Shown here: positions 34,319 through 47,875 of the stretch, in pieces
Numbering within the stretch: the stretch's first letter is position 1
Layout of the letters: every line of letters starts with the position of its first letter
The notes under the pieces: generated by a model
What the model saw: only the letters and a program-made list of their open reading frames with translations
Told to the model about the DNA's origin: nothing
Database searches by the model: none
Position numbers and translations under genes: made by a program
Source: Mustelus asterias
Lineage: Eukaryota
Length of the DNA stretch: 64,000 nt
Assembly (NCBI RefSeq): GCF_964213995.1
Contig: NC_135815.1
Coordinates: 2,356,001 to 2,420,000, forward strand
Reading direction: 5' to 3'

Positions 34319-37300
34319 ACAGCAGTGTGTGTTTAACTAACACCCATTCACCAAGATGGAAGCAGAACATTCACCTTTGCGAGCTGCTCATTGCCGTGGT
34401 TTCTGTGGTCAGCCTGCTCTAACTGCGCTGTTCATTGGCTCCTCACATCAGCTGGAGCCTGACATCGAGAGTATTTAGTACCACTTAAAGCTAAAGTATA
34501 GGAGCATTGCTGCTGCTGATGATGCTGTGATCATTCACAATACTCTGCAATGCAGGGCCCACCCTGGGGGGAGGGGGGAGAAACGAGGGGAGACACGCGG
34601 AAACTACAGACCCCAACTGAACCCCGAGAGAGTTTTAACGTGAGCCAGTGGGTTGACAAGAGAGGGATGTAAGGGGATGTTTGGCAATGGAGAGAAGATG
34701 GAAAGAGCTTCCTTTGCATTCCAGGATGATGCTGGGGTAGCGAATGGTTTTGGGAGGGGATAGCAGGGCCTGATGGTGCCTGAGTGGCCCATCCAGTGAT
34801 GCCAATGATTGGTGAAAGCAGTTGCAGCCGTTGCTATCTGTGAGCCTTGGATTGAAGGGAGTGAGGTGGGTTCATCCCAAGGGTAATAACCATGGGGAGA
34901 GAGAGGAATTTACTGATGAAAATGACCTCAAAGGTGGGGCTGAAGGTGTGATTGAGCAGAACAGTGGCTCCAAATGGAGAGGCAAAGGTTGGCCCACTAA
35001 GTGTTTGAAACCTCCTTTGGAAATTACTGACAGATTTTACGAATTATACCGGAACCCAAACGATTCTTTAAGTTGAATAGAGTTCAGATACCGGCCAATC
35101 AGGATCCAATTTGAATGCTGCAACAGTCTAATGGGGCTGAATGTCCATAAAATGCTCACGTTTCACGACAGCAAATACATCTATAATCTGCTTCACCCAA
35201 ACTCAATATTATTAAGAATAAATCCAGGCTGATGGAGTCAGACTGAAAAATATCACTGTGCGCAGCCTTGGGCCTTAACCCTTTACAAGCAGAATGTGGC
35301 GTTAGATAAATGCAGACTTATCACTTACAGCGTCTCCGCTTATCAGGGGCAGCAGCTTCTCTCAGACAGAAAACTCACACCATTTGTCATTTCTACTGAA
35401 GTGAAGGAGTTGCCCAGAACACATGAATGTGCAGCTATTTAGAGTTGTCTGGGATGTGACAGCTTTATCATCTTAAATATTCACAGGTTGCCATTAGGCA
35501 TTTTCGTTTCATTTTCGGCAGAATCAGCTGGATTGCAGAGAGGCAGATTGCAATGATCAGTTTTTCAAGGAATGTCTGTCGAGAGTTCTACAGGACAACG
35601 TTCCGAGCAGACAGGGAGGTGTTGGTCGGTGAAAGGAGCTGTGGTGCATGAAAGCTGTGCGGGACCTAGTCGAGAAGAAAAGGAAAGCGTACAAAAGGCT
35701 CAGAGAGCTTGGCGAAGATAGGGATTTAGAAGAGTATACGGCTTGTAGGAAGGGACTAAAGAAGGAAATTAGGACAGCCAGAAGGGGTCACGAGAAGGCC
35801 CTGGCAGATAGGATTAAGGAGACCCTAAGGCGTTCTATAAATATGTGAAGAGTAAAAGGATGAGACGTGACGAAGTTGGGCCTATAAAAGGTGAAGGCGG
35901 GAAAGTCTGTACGGAACCAGTAGAAATGGCAGAGGTGCTCAATGAGTATTTTGCCTCAGTTTTCACAGAGGAGAAGGACCTGGGTGGATGTACTGCGGGC
36001 GTGCGGTGGACTGAAAGGATTGCGTATGTGGACTTTATGAAAGAGGTTGTGCTGGAATCTTTGAATGGCATCAAGATAGATAAGTCGCCGGGTCCGGATG
36101 GGATGTACCCCAGGTTACTGTGGGAGGCGAGGGAAGAGATTGCAGAGCCTCTGGCGATGATCTTTGCATCGTCGATGGAGACGGGAGAGGTGCCGGAGGA
36201 TTGGAGGATTGCGGATGTGGTTCCGATTTTCAAGAAGGGGAATAGGGATAGCCCAGGTAATTACCGACCGGTGAGTCTAACCTCAGTGGTTGGTAAACTG
36301 ATGGAGAAGATCCTGAGGGACAGGATATATGAGCATTTAGAGAGGTTTAGTATGCTCAAGAATACTCAGCATGGCTTTGTCAAGGGCAGATCGTGCCTTA
36401 CGAGCCTGGTGGAGTTCTTCGAAAATGTGACTAAACACATTGACGAAGGGAAGGCGGTAGATGTGGTTTATATGGATTTTAGCAAGGCGTTCGATAAGGT
36501 CCCCCATGCAAGGCTTCTAGAAAAAGTGAGAGGGCATGGGGTCCAAGGGGCTGCTGCCCAGTGGATCCAGAACTGGCTTGCCCAAAGGAGGCAGAGAGTG
36601 GGTATAGATGGGTCTTTTTCTAAATGGAGGTCGGTCACCAGTGGTGTGCCCCAGGGATCTGTTCTGGGACCCTTGCTGTTTGTCATTTTCATAAATGACC
36701 TGGATGAGGAAGCGGAGGGATGGGTTGGTAAGTTTGCCGACGACACGAAGGTTGGTGGGGTTGTGGATAGTCTGGAGGGATGTCAGAAGTTACAGAGGGA
36801 CATAGATAGGATGCAAGACTGGGTGGACAAGTGGCAGATGGACTTCAACCCAGATAAATGCATCGTGGTCCATTTTGGTAGGTCAAATGGGATGAAGGAG
36901 TACAATATAAAGGGAAAGACTCTTAGTACTGTAGAGGATCAGAAGGACCTTGGGGTCCGGGTCCATAGGACTCTAAAATCGGCCCCGCAGGTGGAGGAGG
37001 TGGTTAAGAAGGCGTATGGTGTGCTGGCCTTTATCAATCGAGGGATTGAGTTTAGGAGCCCGGGGATAATGATGCAGCTATATAAGACCCTCGTCAGACC
37101 CCACTTGGAGTACTGTGCTCAGTTCTGGTTGCCTCACTATAGGAAGGATGTGGAAAAGATTGAAAGGGTGTAGAGGAGATTTACAAGGATGTTGCCTGGA
37201 TTGAGTGGCATGCCTTATGAGGATAGGCTGAGGGACCTCGGTCTTTTCTCCTTAGAGAGGCGAAGGATGAGAGGAGACCTAATAGAGGTATATAAGATGT

Positions 37301-39302
37301 TGGGAAGCATAGATCGGGTGGACTCTCAGAGGCTTTTTCCCAGGGTGGAAATGTCTGCTATGAGAGGACACAGGTTTAGGGTGCTGGGGGGTAGGTACAG
37401 GGGAAATGTTAGGGGTATGTTTTTCACACAGAGGGTAGTGGGCGAGTGGAATTGGCTGCCGTCAGAGGTGGTGGAGGCGAACTCAATCGGGTCTTTTAAG
37501 AGACTCCTGGATGAGTACATGGAGCTTAATAGCATGGAGGGTTACAGGTAGGTCTAGAAGGTAGGGATGTGTTCGGCACAACATGTGGGCCGAAGGGCCT
37601 GTTTGTGCTGTAGTTTTTCTATGTTTCTATGTTCTAATTGGATATTTTGTTGAAGATTGGTTTTATGAGTGAGTTGAAAAGCGTACGAGAACGCACAAAC
37701 CACAGCTCCAACACCTTATTTTTGTTTGTCCATTTATCAGCCTCGAGCTTCACTCACACCACATTTCAAGCACATGTAAGGTCAAAATGCAAAAGCAGAT
37801 ATCCGGATTGGTGCAAGCTCCGATCAACAACAACACCTTGCATTTGTGTAGCACCCTTAACTTGGCAACACATTCCCAGGGTTCCACACACGACAGCAGG
37901 AAGTATCCGTCAGTGAAAATCCACAACGCAACTCAGGAATTCAACTCCGTTTCTGTTTTTATTCAATAAAAATGGAACACAAAGCTAGTCTCAGTAATGT
38001 TCACCATAAAACTCTCAACATTCAGGCAAAACATGGTGTAATTTCTGATTAAAACAGAAAGTGCTGGATAAACTCAGCATGTCTGGCAGCGTCTGTGGAG
38101 AGAGAAACAGAGTTAATGTTTCGATCTGTGTGACTCTTCTACAGAACTGAAGGATAGAAATGTGATGAACGAGAGAGTTGGAGAGGGGGGAGGAGGAGGT
38201 GGAGCAGAATAGAAGATCAGGGATAGGTCAGAGCTGAGGAGAGATTGACAAAGCTATCACGAATATAAGAGAAAGGGAGTGTTAATGGTCGTGTTAAAGT
38301 CTAAAGAAGGTGTCAGAGTCGTAGAGTCATAGAGATTTACAGCATGGAAACAGGCCTCCGATGAACAACAATGTCTTGCATTGTGTAGCACCCGTAGCAT
38401 AGCAACACATTCCCAGGGTTCCACACACGACATCCTTCCTGTAATGTGGCGACCAGAAATCAATTCAGGATGTTGTGCCGAACATGACGCCAAATTTAAC
38501 TAATCCCTCCTGCCGGCCCTTGTTCCATATCCCACTATTGCTTGCATATTCATCTGCTTATCTGAAAGCCCCTTAAACCTCCTGATCAGGTCTGTTTCCA
38601 CTACCACCCCTGGCAGCGAGTTCCAGACACCTACCACTCTCTGTGTAAAAAACATGCCCCTCACATCTCCTTTGAACTTTCCCCCTTTCACCTTAAGTGC
38701 GCGCCCCCTCGTATTAGACATTTCAACTCTGGGAAAAGGATTCTGACTGTCAACCCTATCTCTGCCTCTCATAATTTTATAGACTTCTATCAGGTCTCCC
38801 CTCAGCCTCCGCCGCTCCATAGAAAACAAGCCTAGTTTGTCCAGCCTCTCCTTATAGCCCATACACTCCTATCCAGGCAGCATCCTGGTGAACCTCTTCT
38901 GCACCCTCTCCAAAGCATCCACATCCTGCCTGTAATGTGGCAAATAGAACTGAATGCAAGTCTCTAAGTGTGGCCCAACCAAAGCTTCATAAACTGCAAC
39001 ATGACACCCTGACCTTTGTACTCAATGCCCCGACCAATAAAGGCAAGCATGACATTTACCTTCTTTACCAGCCTATCGACATGTGTGGCCACTTTCAGGG
39101 AGCGATGGACTTGAACCCCAAGATCCCTCTGTCCATCAGTGTTGTTCAGGGTCCTGCCATTAACTGTATACTTACCCTTAACATTCGATTACCCAAAGTG
39201 CATCACCTCACACTTGCCCAGATTAAACTCCATCTGCCATTTGTCTGCCCTTTTCTGCAGCTGATCTCTATCCTGCTGTATCCTTTGACAACCTTCTACA
39301 CT
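34319..39302 (+). repeat. Tandem segmental duplication, copy B
   Basis: Collinear with 39303-43587 apart from private insertions. Confidence 0.85.
35561..37635 (+). mobile_element. Young 5'-truncated CR1 (RT; nonsense TAG at 37171)
   Basis: ORFs 35845..37173 and 37189..37551; (TTTCTATG)n tail; absent from copy C. Confidence 0.92.
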
Positions 39303-42300
39303 ACAGCGTGTGTTTAACCCACACGCATTCACCAAGGAAGCAGAACATTCACCTTTGCGAGCTGCTCATTGCCGTGGTTTCTGTGGTCAGCCTGCTCTAA
39401 CTGCGCTGTTCATTGGCTCCTCACATCAGCTGGAGCCCGACATCGAGAGTATTTAGTACCACTTAAAGCTAAAGTATAGGAGCATTGCTGCTGCTGGTGA
39501 TGCTGTGATCATTCACAATACTCTGCAATGCAGGGCCCACCCTGGGGGGAGGGGGGGAGAAACGAGGGGAGACACGCGGAAACTACAGACCCCAACTGAA
39601 CCCCGAGAGAGTTTTGACGTGAGCCAGTGGGTTGACAAGAGAGGGATGTAAGGGGATGTTTGGCAATGGAGAAAAGATGGAAAGAGCTTCCTTTGCATTC
39701 CAGGATGTTGCTGGGGTAGCGAATGGTTTTGGGAGGGGATAGCAGGGCCTGATGGTGCCTGAGTGGCCCATCCAGTGATGCCAATGATTGGTGAAAGCAG
39801 TTGCAGCCGTTGCTATCTGTGAGCCTTGGATTGAAGGGAGTGAGGTGGGTTCATCCCAAGGGTAATAACCATGGGGAGAGAGAGGAATTTACTGATGAAA
39901 ATGGCCTCAAAGGTGGGGCTGAAGGTGTGATTGAGCAGAACAGTGGCTCCAAATGAACATAGAACATAGAACATAGAAAGTCACAGCACAAACAGGCCCT
40001 TCGGCCCACAAGTTGCGCCGATCACATCCCCACCTCTAGGCCTATCTATAGCCCTCAATCCCATTAAATCCCATGTACTCATCCAGAAGTCTCTTAAAAG
40101 ACCCCAACGAGTTTGCCTCCACCACCACCGACGTCAGCCGATTCCACTCACCCACCACCCTCTGAGTGAAAAACTTACCCCTGACATCCCCCCTGTACCT
40201 ACCCCCCAGCACCTTAAACCTGTGTCCTCTCGTAGCAACCATTTCAGCCCTTGGAAATAGCCTCTGAGAGTCCACCCTATCCAGACCCCTCAACATCTTG
40301 TAAACCTCTATCAGGTCACCTCTCATCCTTCGTCTCTCCAGGGAGAAGAGACCAAGCTCCCTCAACCTATCCTCATAAGGCATGCCCCCCAATCCAGGCA
40401 ACATCCTTGTAAATCTCCTCTGCACCCTTTCAATGGCTTCAACATCTTTCCTGTAATGAGGTGACCAGAACTGCGCGCAGTACTCCAAGTGGGGTCTAAC
40501 CAGGGTCCTATAAAGCTGCAGCATTATCTCCCGACTCCTAAACTCAATCCCTCGATTAATGAAGGCTAGTACGCCATACGCCTTCTTGACCGCATCCTCC
40601 ACCTGCGAGGCCGATTTAAGAGTCCTATGGACCCGGACCCCAAGGTCCTTCTGATCCTCTACACTGCTAAGAATGGTACCCTTCATTTTATACTGCTGCT
40701 CCATCCCATTGGATCTGCCAAAATGGATCACTACACACTTATCCGGGTTGAAGTCCATCTGTCACTTCTCCGCCCAGTCTTGCATTCTATCTATGTCTCG
40801 CTGCAACTTCTGACATCCCTCCAAACTATCCACAACACCACCTACCTTGGTGTCGTCAGCAAACTTACCAACCCATCCCTCCACTTCCTCATCCAGGTCA
40901 TTTATGAAAATGACAAACAGCAAGGGTCCCAGAACAGATCCCTGGGGCACTCCACTGGTCACTGACCTCCATGCAGAGAAAGACCCCTCCACAGCCACTC
41001 TCTGCCTTCTGCAGGCAAGCCAGTTCTGGATCCACAAGGCAACAGCCCCTTGGATCCCATGCCCTCTCACTTTCTCAAGAAGCCTTGCATGGGGGACCTC
41101 ATCGAACGCTTTGCTGAAGTCCATATAGACCACATCCACCGCTCTTCCTTCGTCAATGTGCTTGGTCACATTTTCAAAGAACTCAACCAGGCTCGTAAGG
41201 CACGACCTGCCCCTGACAAAGCCGTGCTGACTACTTTTGATCATACTAAACTTCTCTAGATGATCATAAATCCTGTCTCTCAGGATCCTCTCCATCAACT
41301 TACCAACCACTGAGGTTAGACTCACCGGTCGGTAATTTCCCGGGCTGTCCCTGTTCCCTTTCTTGAATATAGGGACCACATCCGCAATCCTCCAATCCTC
41401 CGGAACCTCTCCCGTCTCCATCGACGATGCAAAGATCATCGCCAAAGGCTCCGCAATCTCCTCCCTCGCCTCCCACAGTAACCTGGGGTACATCCCATCC
41501 GGTCCCGGCGACTTACCAACCTTGATGCCATTCAATAGTTCCAACACATCCTCTTTCTTTATGTCCACATGCTCGATCCTTTCTGTCCTCCGCAATCCAG
41601 CAGTACAACCACCCAGATCCCTTTCCACCGTGAATACCGAGGTAAAGTATTCATTAAGCACCTCCGCCATTTCTAACGGTTCCGCACAAACTTTTCCCCC
41701 TTCACCTTTTAAGGGTCCTATGCCTTCACATCTCATCCTTTTACTCTTGACATATTTGTAGAAAGCCTTGGGATTCTCCTTAATCTTACCCGCCAAGGTC
41801 TTCTCATGACCCCTTCTCGCTCTCCTAATTTCCTTCTTAAGCTCCTTCCTACATCGCATATACTCCTCTAAATCCTTAACACCTCCTAGCTCTCTGAACC
41901 TTCTGTACGCCTCTCTTTTCTTATTTACCAGGTTCATCACAACCTTCGTGCACCACGGTTCCCGTACCCTACCAACACCCCCCTGTCTCATCGGAACGTT
42001 GTCATGCAGAGCTCCAGACAAACATTCCTTGAAAATCCTCCACTTTCCTTCGGTACTTTTCCCCAAGAATGCCTCCTTCCAATTTACCCGTCTAATTTCC
42101 TCCCTGATGACACTGTATTTCCCTTTACTCCAGAGAAACACTTTCCTAGCCTGCCTGACCCTATCTCTTTCCAATGCTATCGTGAAGGAGATAGAATTAT
42201 GATCGCTATCCCCAAGATGTTCACCCACCGAGAGATCCTCCACCTGTCCAGGTTCATTAGCCAGCACCAGATCAAGAACAGCCTCTCCTCTAGTAGGCTT

Positions 42301-43587
42301 ATCCACATACTGTGTCAGGAAACTCTCCTGGACACACCTAACAAACTCCTCTCCATCCAAACCCCTAGCCCTAGGGATATTCCAATCTATGTTTGGGAAA
42401 TTAAAATCTCCCATCACGACAACTCTGTTATTCCTACATCTCTCCAGGATCTGTTTCCCCATCTGCTCCTCAACATCTCTGTTACTATTGGGCGGCCTAT
42501 AGAAAACACCCAGCAAAGTTACCGACCCCTTCCTATTCCTAACCTCCACCCACAGAGATTCCGTAGTCAGTCCCTCCACGGCGTCCACCTTCTCTACAGC
42601 CGTGACACTATCCCTGATCAACAGTGCCACTCCCCCCCCTCTCTTGCCTCCCTCCCTGTCCTTCCTGAAAGAGGCAAAGGTTGGCCCACTAAGTGTTTGA
42701 AACCTCCTTTGGAAATTACTGACAGATGTTCGAAATTATACCGGAACCCAAACGATTCTTTAAGTTGAATAGAGTTCAGATACCGGCCAATCAGGATCCA
42801 ATTTGAATGCTGCAACAGTCTAATGGGGCTGAATGTCCATAAAATACTCCCGTTTCACGACAGCAAATACATCTGTAATCTGCTTCACCCAAACTCAATA
42901 TTATTCAGAATAAATCCAGGCTGATGATCAGTGAATTGGATATTTTGTTGAAGATTGGTTTTATCAGTGAGTTGAAAAGCGTACGAGAACACACAAACCA
43001 CAGCTCCAACACCTTATTTTTGTGTGTCCATTTACCAGCCTCGATCTTCACTCACACCTCATTTCAAACACATGTGAGGTCAAAATACAAAAGCTGTTTG
43101 ACGGATTCGTAGAAGCTCCGATCAACTACAACACCATGCATTTGTGTAGCACCCTTAACTCAGCAACACATTCCCAGGGTTCAACACATGACATCATTCC
43201 TGTAATGTGGTGACCAGAAATGAACGCAACTCTCTTCAATGTGGCCTCACCAAAGTTTAATAAAACTGCAACTGACACCCTGACCTTTGTACTCAATGCC
43301 CCGACCAATAAAGGCAAGCATGACATATGCCTTCTTTACCAGCCTATCGACATGTGTGGCCACTTTCAGGGAGATATGGACTTGAACCCCAAGGTCCCTC
43401 TGTACATCAGTGCTGTTCAGGGTCCTGCCATTAACTGTATACTTACCCTTAACATCTGACCTCCCAAAGTGCAGCATCTCACACTTGCCCGGATTAAACT
43501 CCAGCTGCCATTTCTCCGCCCATATCTGCAGCTGATCTCTATCCCGCTGTATCCTTTGATAACCTTCGACACTATTCACAACTCCAC
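39303..43587 (+). repeat. Tandem segmental duplication, copy C
   Basis: Collinear with copy B. Confidence 0.85.
39956..42670 (-). mobile_element. Young 5'-truncated CR1 (single nonsense TGA at 40762-40764)
   Basis: ORFs 40762..42630 and 40042..40758 in one frame; AGAACAT tail; absent from copies A and B. Confidence 0.93.
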
Positions 43588-45055
43588 ATTCCCAATTTGG
43601 TGTTGCCAGAGGATTGGAGAATGGCGAATGTTGTTCTTCTGTTTAAGAAAGGGAATAGAAATGACCCTGGTAATTATAGACCGGTTAGTCTTACTTCGGT
43701 GGTTGGTAATTTGATGGAAAAAGTCCTAAGGGATGGGATTTACGACCATTTATAAAGATGCGGATTAATCCGGGATAGTCACCATGGATTCGTGAAGGGC
43801 AAGTCGTGCCTCACAAATTTGATTGAATTTTTTGAAGGAGGTAACTAAGTGTGTTGATGAAGGTAGGGCAGTTGATGTCATATACATGGATTTTAGTAAG
43901 GCGTTTGATAAGGTCCCCCATGGTCGGCTTATGATGAAAGTGAGGAGGTGTGGGATAGAGGGAAAGTTGGCCGATTGGATAGGTAACTGGCTGTCTGATC
44001 GAAGACAGAGGGTGGTGGTGGATGGAAAATTTTCGGATTGGAAGCAGGTTGCTAGCGGAGTGCCACAGGGATCAGTGCTTGGTCCTCTGCTCTTTGTGAT
44101 TTTTATTAATGACTTAGAGGAGGGGGCTGAAGGGTGGATCATTAAATTTGCTGATGACACCAAGATTGGTGGAGTAGTGGATGAGGTGGAGGGCTGTTGT
44201 AGGCTGCAAAGAGACATAGATAGGATGCAAAGCTGGGCTGAAAAATGGCAGATGGAGTTTAACCTTGATAAATGTGAGGTGATTCATTTTGGTAGGACAA
44301 ATTTAAATGTGGATTACAGGGTCAAAGGTAGGGTTCTGAAGACTGTGGAGGAACAGAGAGATCTTGGGGTCCATATCCACAGATCTCTAAAGGTTGCCAC
44401 TCAAGTGGATAGAGCTGTGAAGAAGGCCTATGGTGTGTTAGCTTTTATTAACAGGGGGTTGGAGTTTAAGAGCCGTGTGGTTATGCTGCAACTGTACAGG
44501 ACCTTGGTGAGACCTCATTTGGAATATTGTGTGCAGTTCTGGTCACCTCACTATAAGAAGGATGTGGAAGCGCTGGAAAGAGTGCAGAGGAGATTTACCA
44601 GGATGCTGCCTGGTTTGGAGGGTAGGTCTTATGAGGAAAGGTTGAGGGAGCTAGGGCTGTTCTCCCTGGAGCGGAGGAGGCTGAGGGGAGACTTAATAGA
44701 GGTTTATAAAATGATGAAGGGGATAGATAGAGTGAACGTTCAAAGACTATTTTGTGGTGATATATACAGGGCCTAGTTTTAAGGCTGATAAAATTGGATA
44801 TCCTAAATTAAAGAATTGGGCATTTTGAAATCAAACACAGTCAAACTGCAGGCAGGCCAATTGTACAATACACAAATGTGTCTGGGCTTGACCCATCAAC
44901 CACCCATCAAAGGTCGTTACACTCTACTTGAGACTTAGCAGGAGATCATGGCACCTCATTAAAATGCATCGGTCTATTGTTAGAAGCCCAGGTCGGGCCA
45001 GACTTTCTGTCACCAAGAGATCCTGTAGAAACCTTACCTGATAACAAGTTTAACA

Positions 45056-46515
45056 CAGTAAGAAGTTTAACAACACCAGGTTAAAGTCCAACAGGTTTAT
45101 TTGGTAGCAAAAGCCACACAAGCTTTCGAGGCTCTGAGCCCCTTCTTCAGGTGAGTGGGAATTCTGTTCACAAACAGAACTTATAAGACACAGACTCAAT
45201 TTACATGAATAATGGTTGGAATGCGAATACTTACAACTAATCCAGTCTTTAAGAAACAAAACAATGGGAGTGGAGAGAGCATCAAGACAGGCTAAAAAGA
45301 TGTGTATTGTCTCCAGACGCAACAGACACCTCCAGACGCTGAAAGATGCCCTCATAAGAACAGGATATGGCGCTAGACTCATTGATCAACAGTTCCAACG
45401 CGCCACAGCGAAAAACCGCACCGACCTCCTCAGAAGACAAACACGGGACACAGTGGACAGAGTACCCTTCGTTGTCCAGTACTTCCCCGGAGCGGAGAAG
45501 CTACGGCATCTCCTCCGGAGCCTTCAACATGTCATTGATGAAGACGAACATCTCGCCAAGGCCATCCCCACACCCCCACTTCTTGCCTTCAAACAACCGC
45601 ACAACCTCAAACAGACCATTGTCCGCAGCAAACTACCCAGCCTTCAGGAGAACAGTGACCAAGACACCACACAACCCTGCCACAGCAACCTCTGCAAGAC
45701 GTGCCGGATCATCGACACAGATGCCATCATCTCACGTGAGAACACCATCCACCAGGTACACGGTACATACTCTTGCAACTCGGCCAACGTTGTCTACCTG
45801 ATACGCTGCAAGAAAGGATGTCCCGAGGCATGGTACATTGGGGAAACTATGCAGACGCTGCGACAACGGATGAATGAACACCGCTCGACAATCACCAGGC
45901 AAGACTGTTCTCTTCCTGTTGGGGAGCACTTCAGCGGTCACGGGCATTCGGCCTCTGATATTCGGGTAAGCGTTCTCCAAGGCGGCCTTCGCGACACACG
46001 ACAGCGCAGAGTCGCGGAGCAGAAACTGATAGCCAGGTTCCGCACACACAAGGACGGCCTCAACCGGGATATTGGGTTTATGTCACACTATTTCACATAA
46101 ATATTTCTGCTTTTTTCCTCCTGAGTCTTTATCATGCGATCCTAGAATCAGAATTTATGTCACACTATTTGTAACTCCCACAGTTGCGTGGACCTGCAGA
46201 GTTTCACTGGCTGTCTTGTCTGGAGACAATACACATCTTTTTAGCCTGTCTTGATGCTCTCTCCACTCCCATTGTTTTGTTTCTTAAAGACTGGATTAGT
46301 TGTAAGTATTCGCATTCCAACCATTATTCATGTAAATTGAGTCTGTGTCTTATAAGTTCTGTTTGTGAACAGAATTCCCACTCACCTGAAGAAGGGGCTC
46401 AGAGCCTCGAAAGCTTGTGTGGCTTTTGCTACCAAATAAACCTGTTGGACTTTAACCTGGTGTTGTTAAACTTCTTACTGTGTTTACCCTAGTCCAACGC
46501 CGGCATCTCCACATC
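45056..46515 (+). mobile_element. Penelope-like element, 5'-truncated with inverted 5' pLTR; GIY-YIG endonuclease
   Basis: VVYLIRC..WYIGET..RMNEH; 45056-45318 is the reverse complement of 46218-46480; 15-bp TSD ATAACAAGTTTAACA. Confidence 0.9.
46383..46419 (+). ncRNA. Minimal hammerhead ribozyme motif in pLTR (inverted copy 45117-45153)
   Basis: CAC-CTGAAGA-AGGGGCT-CAG-AGCCTC-GAAA-GCTT-GTG. Confidence 0.7.
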
Positions 46516-47509
46516 ATAACAAGTTTAACAACATGGAGATGGACACCTGGGGGGGCGGACCCTGGTGTCCTGTCAGGCAGACATCAAGAAACCCACTGGG
46601 TATTGGAACCCCCTCCTGGGACCTCATTGGCCAGAAGCCAGAGAAGTTTCTGGAAAGGCAAGCAGGCTGGGGATAAAGGTTCACACTCAGAGGCACACAG
46701 GAGCGAAGACTCAACAGGGGAGACAGCCGTGTCCATTCGGAAGACTGACCAGAGAAGGAAGGAAGGAAGAAGCGGCCATCGAGACTCACCTTCGTGACAA
46801 CAGACCAGAGGGACTCAGAGAATCGGGCCTGCAGTTTAACCAAGCCATCTTTACGGGTAGTATACTTGAATCTGCTGGGGTATCCTCTTGTTTTATGTGG
46901 GTAATTTAAGGGTTAATAGTGTTATTTAATAAACTTGTTGAATCTTTACTTGTGTTTGTCCTTTGTCCACCTTGCAAATAAGGGCACCGGGGTAAAACCT
47001 TGGAGTAAGTAAACTGGTTGAAAGTATCTGAGAATTAACAGGTACAACAATTTCCTCGGGTGGATGGAGCTATTACAAGGGGGCATAACTATAGGGTTCG
47101 TGGTGGGAGATATAGGAAGGATATCAGAGGTAGGTTCTTTACGCAGAGAGTGGTTGGGGTGTGGAATGGACTGCCTGCAGTGATAGTGGAGTCGGACACT
47201 TTAGGAACATTTAAGCAGTTATTGGATAGGCACATGGAGCACACCAGGATGATAGGGAGTGGGATAGCTTGATCTTGGTTTCAGATAAAGCTCGGCACAA
47301 CATCGTGGGCCGAAGGGCCTGTTCTGTGCTGTACTGTTCTATGTTCTATGTTCCACATATCTTTGTGTCGTTTGCAATCTTACTAACCCACCCATCGACG
47401 TTTTCATCCAAGTCATTTATAGACACCACAAACAGCAGGGCTCCCAGTCCGGATCCCTATGGAACTCCAATAGTCACGGACCTCCAGCCAGAAAAGCACC
47501 TTCCACCAC

Positions 47510-47875
47510 CATGTGGTGGCATCATGCTGGAGTTGGCGGAGGATGATCCTGGAAATGCGGAGGCTGGTGGGGTGAAAGGTGAGGAGAAGAGGGAGCCTAT
47601 CCTGGTTCTGGGAGGGAGGGGAAGGGGTGAGGGCAGAGGGCAGGGGGCAGGGTAATGGGTGGAACACGGCTGGGTGCCCAGTCAAACAGAGTGGTGGGAA
47701 AGCTTGGCTCAGGATAAAGGCAGACGTTTCAGACGGGCTCTGTTTGAAGGTGGCATCATCAGAACAGATGCGATGGAGGCGGAGAGACTGGGAAAATGGG
47801 ATGGAGCCCTTGCAGGGAGTGGGGTGTGAGGAGCTGTAGTCGGGGTAGCTGTGGGAGTCGGTGGGCTTGTAATGA
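47510..47875 (-). mobile_element. Penelope-like ORF fragment
   Basis: DRLPLLLTFHPTSLRISRIILRQLQHDAT resembles the Penelope RT-EN linker (compare DRVPFVVQY at 45456). Confidence 0.6.

Larger units (their letters stand above)
44753..47049 (+). mobile_element. Solo LTR
   Basis: TGTGG...ACAACA termini, 4-bp TSD ATTT (44749-44752 / 47050-47053), AATAAA near the 3' end. Confidence 0.85.
43588..47352 (+). mobile_element. 5'-truncated CR1 interrupted by a solo LTR
   Basis: RT ORF 43823..44752 continues at 47050 (QRLF/PRVDGA). Confidence 0.92.

Noticed and set aside
35254-35260. CACTGTG/CACAGTG heptamers (also ~10328, ~34000) as RSSs
   Set aside because: No acceptable nonamer at either spacing
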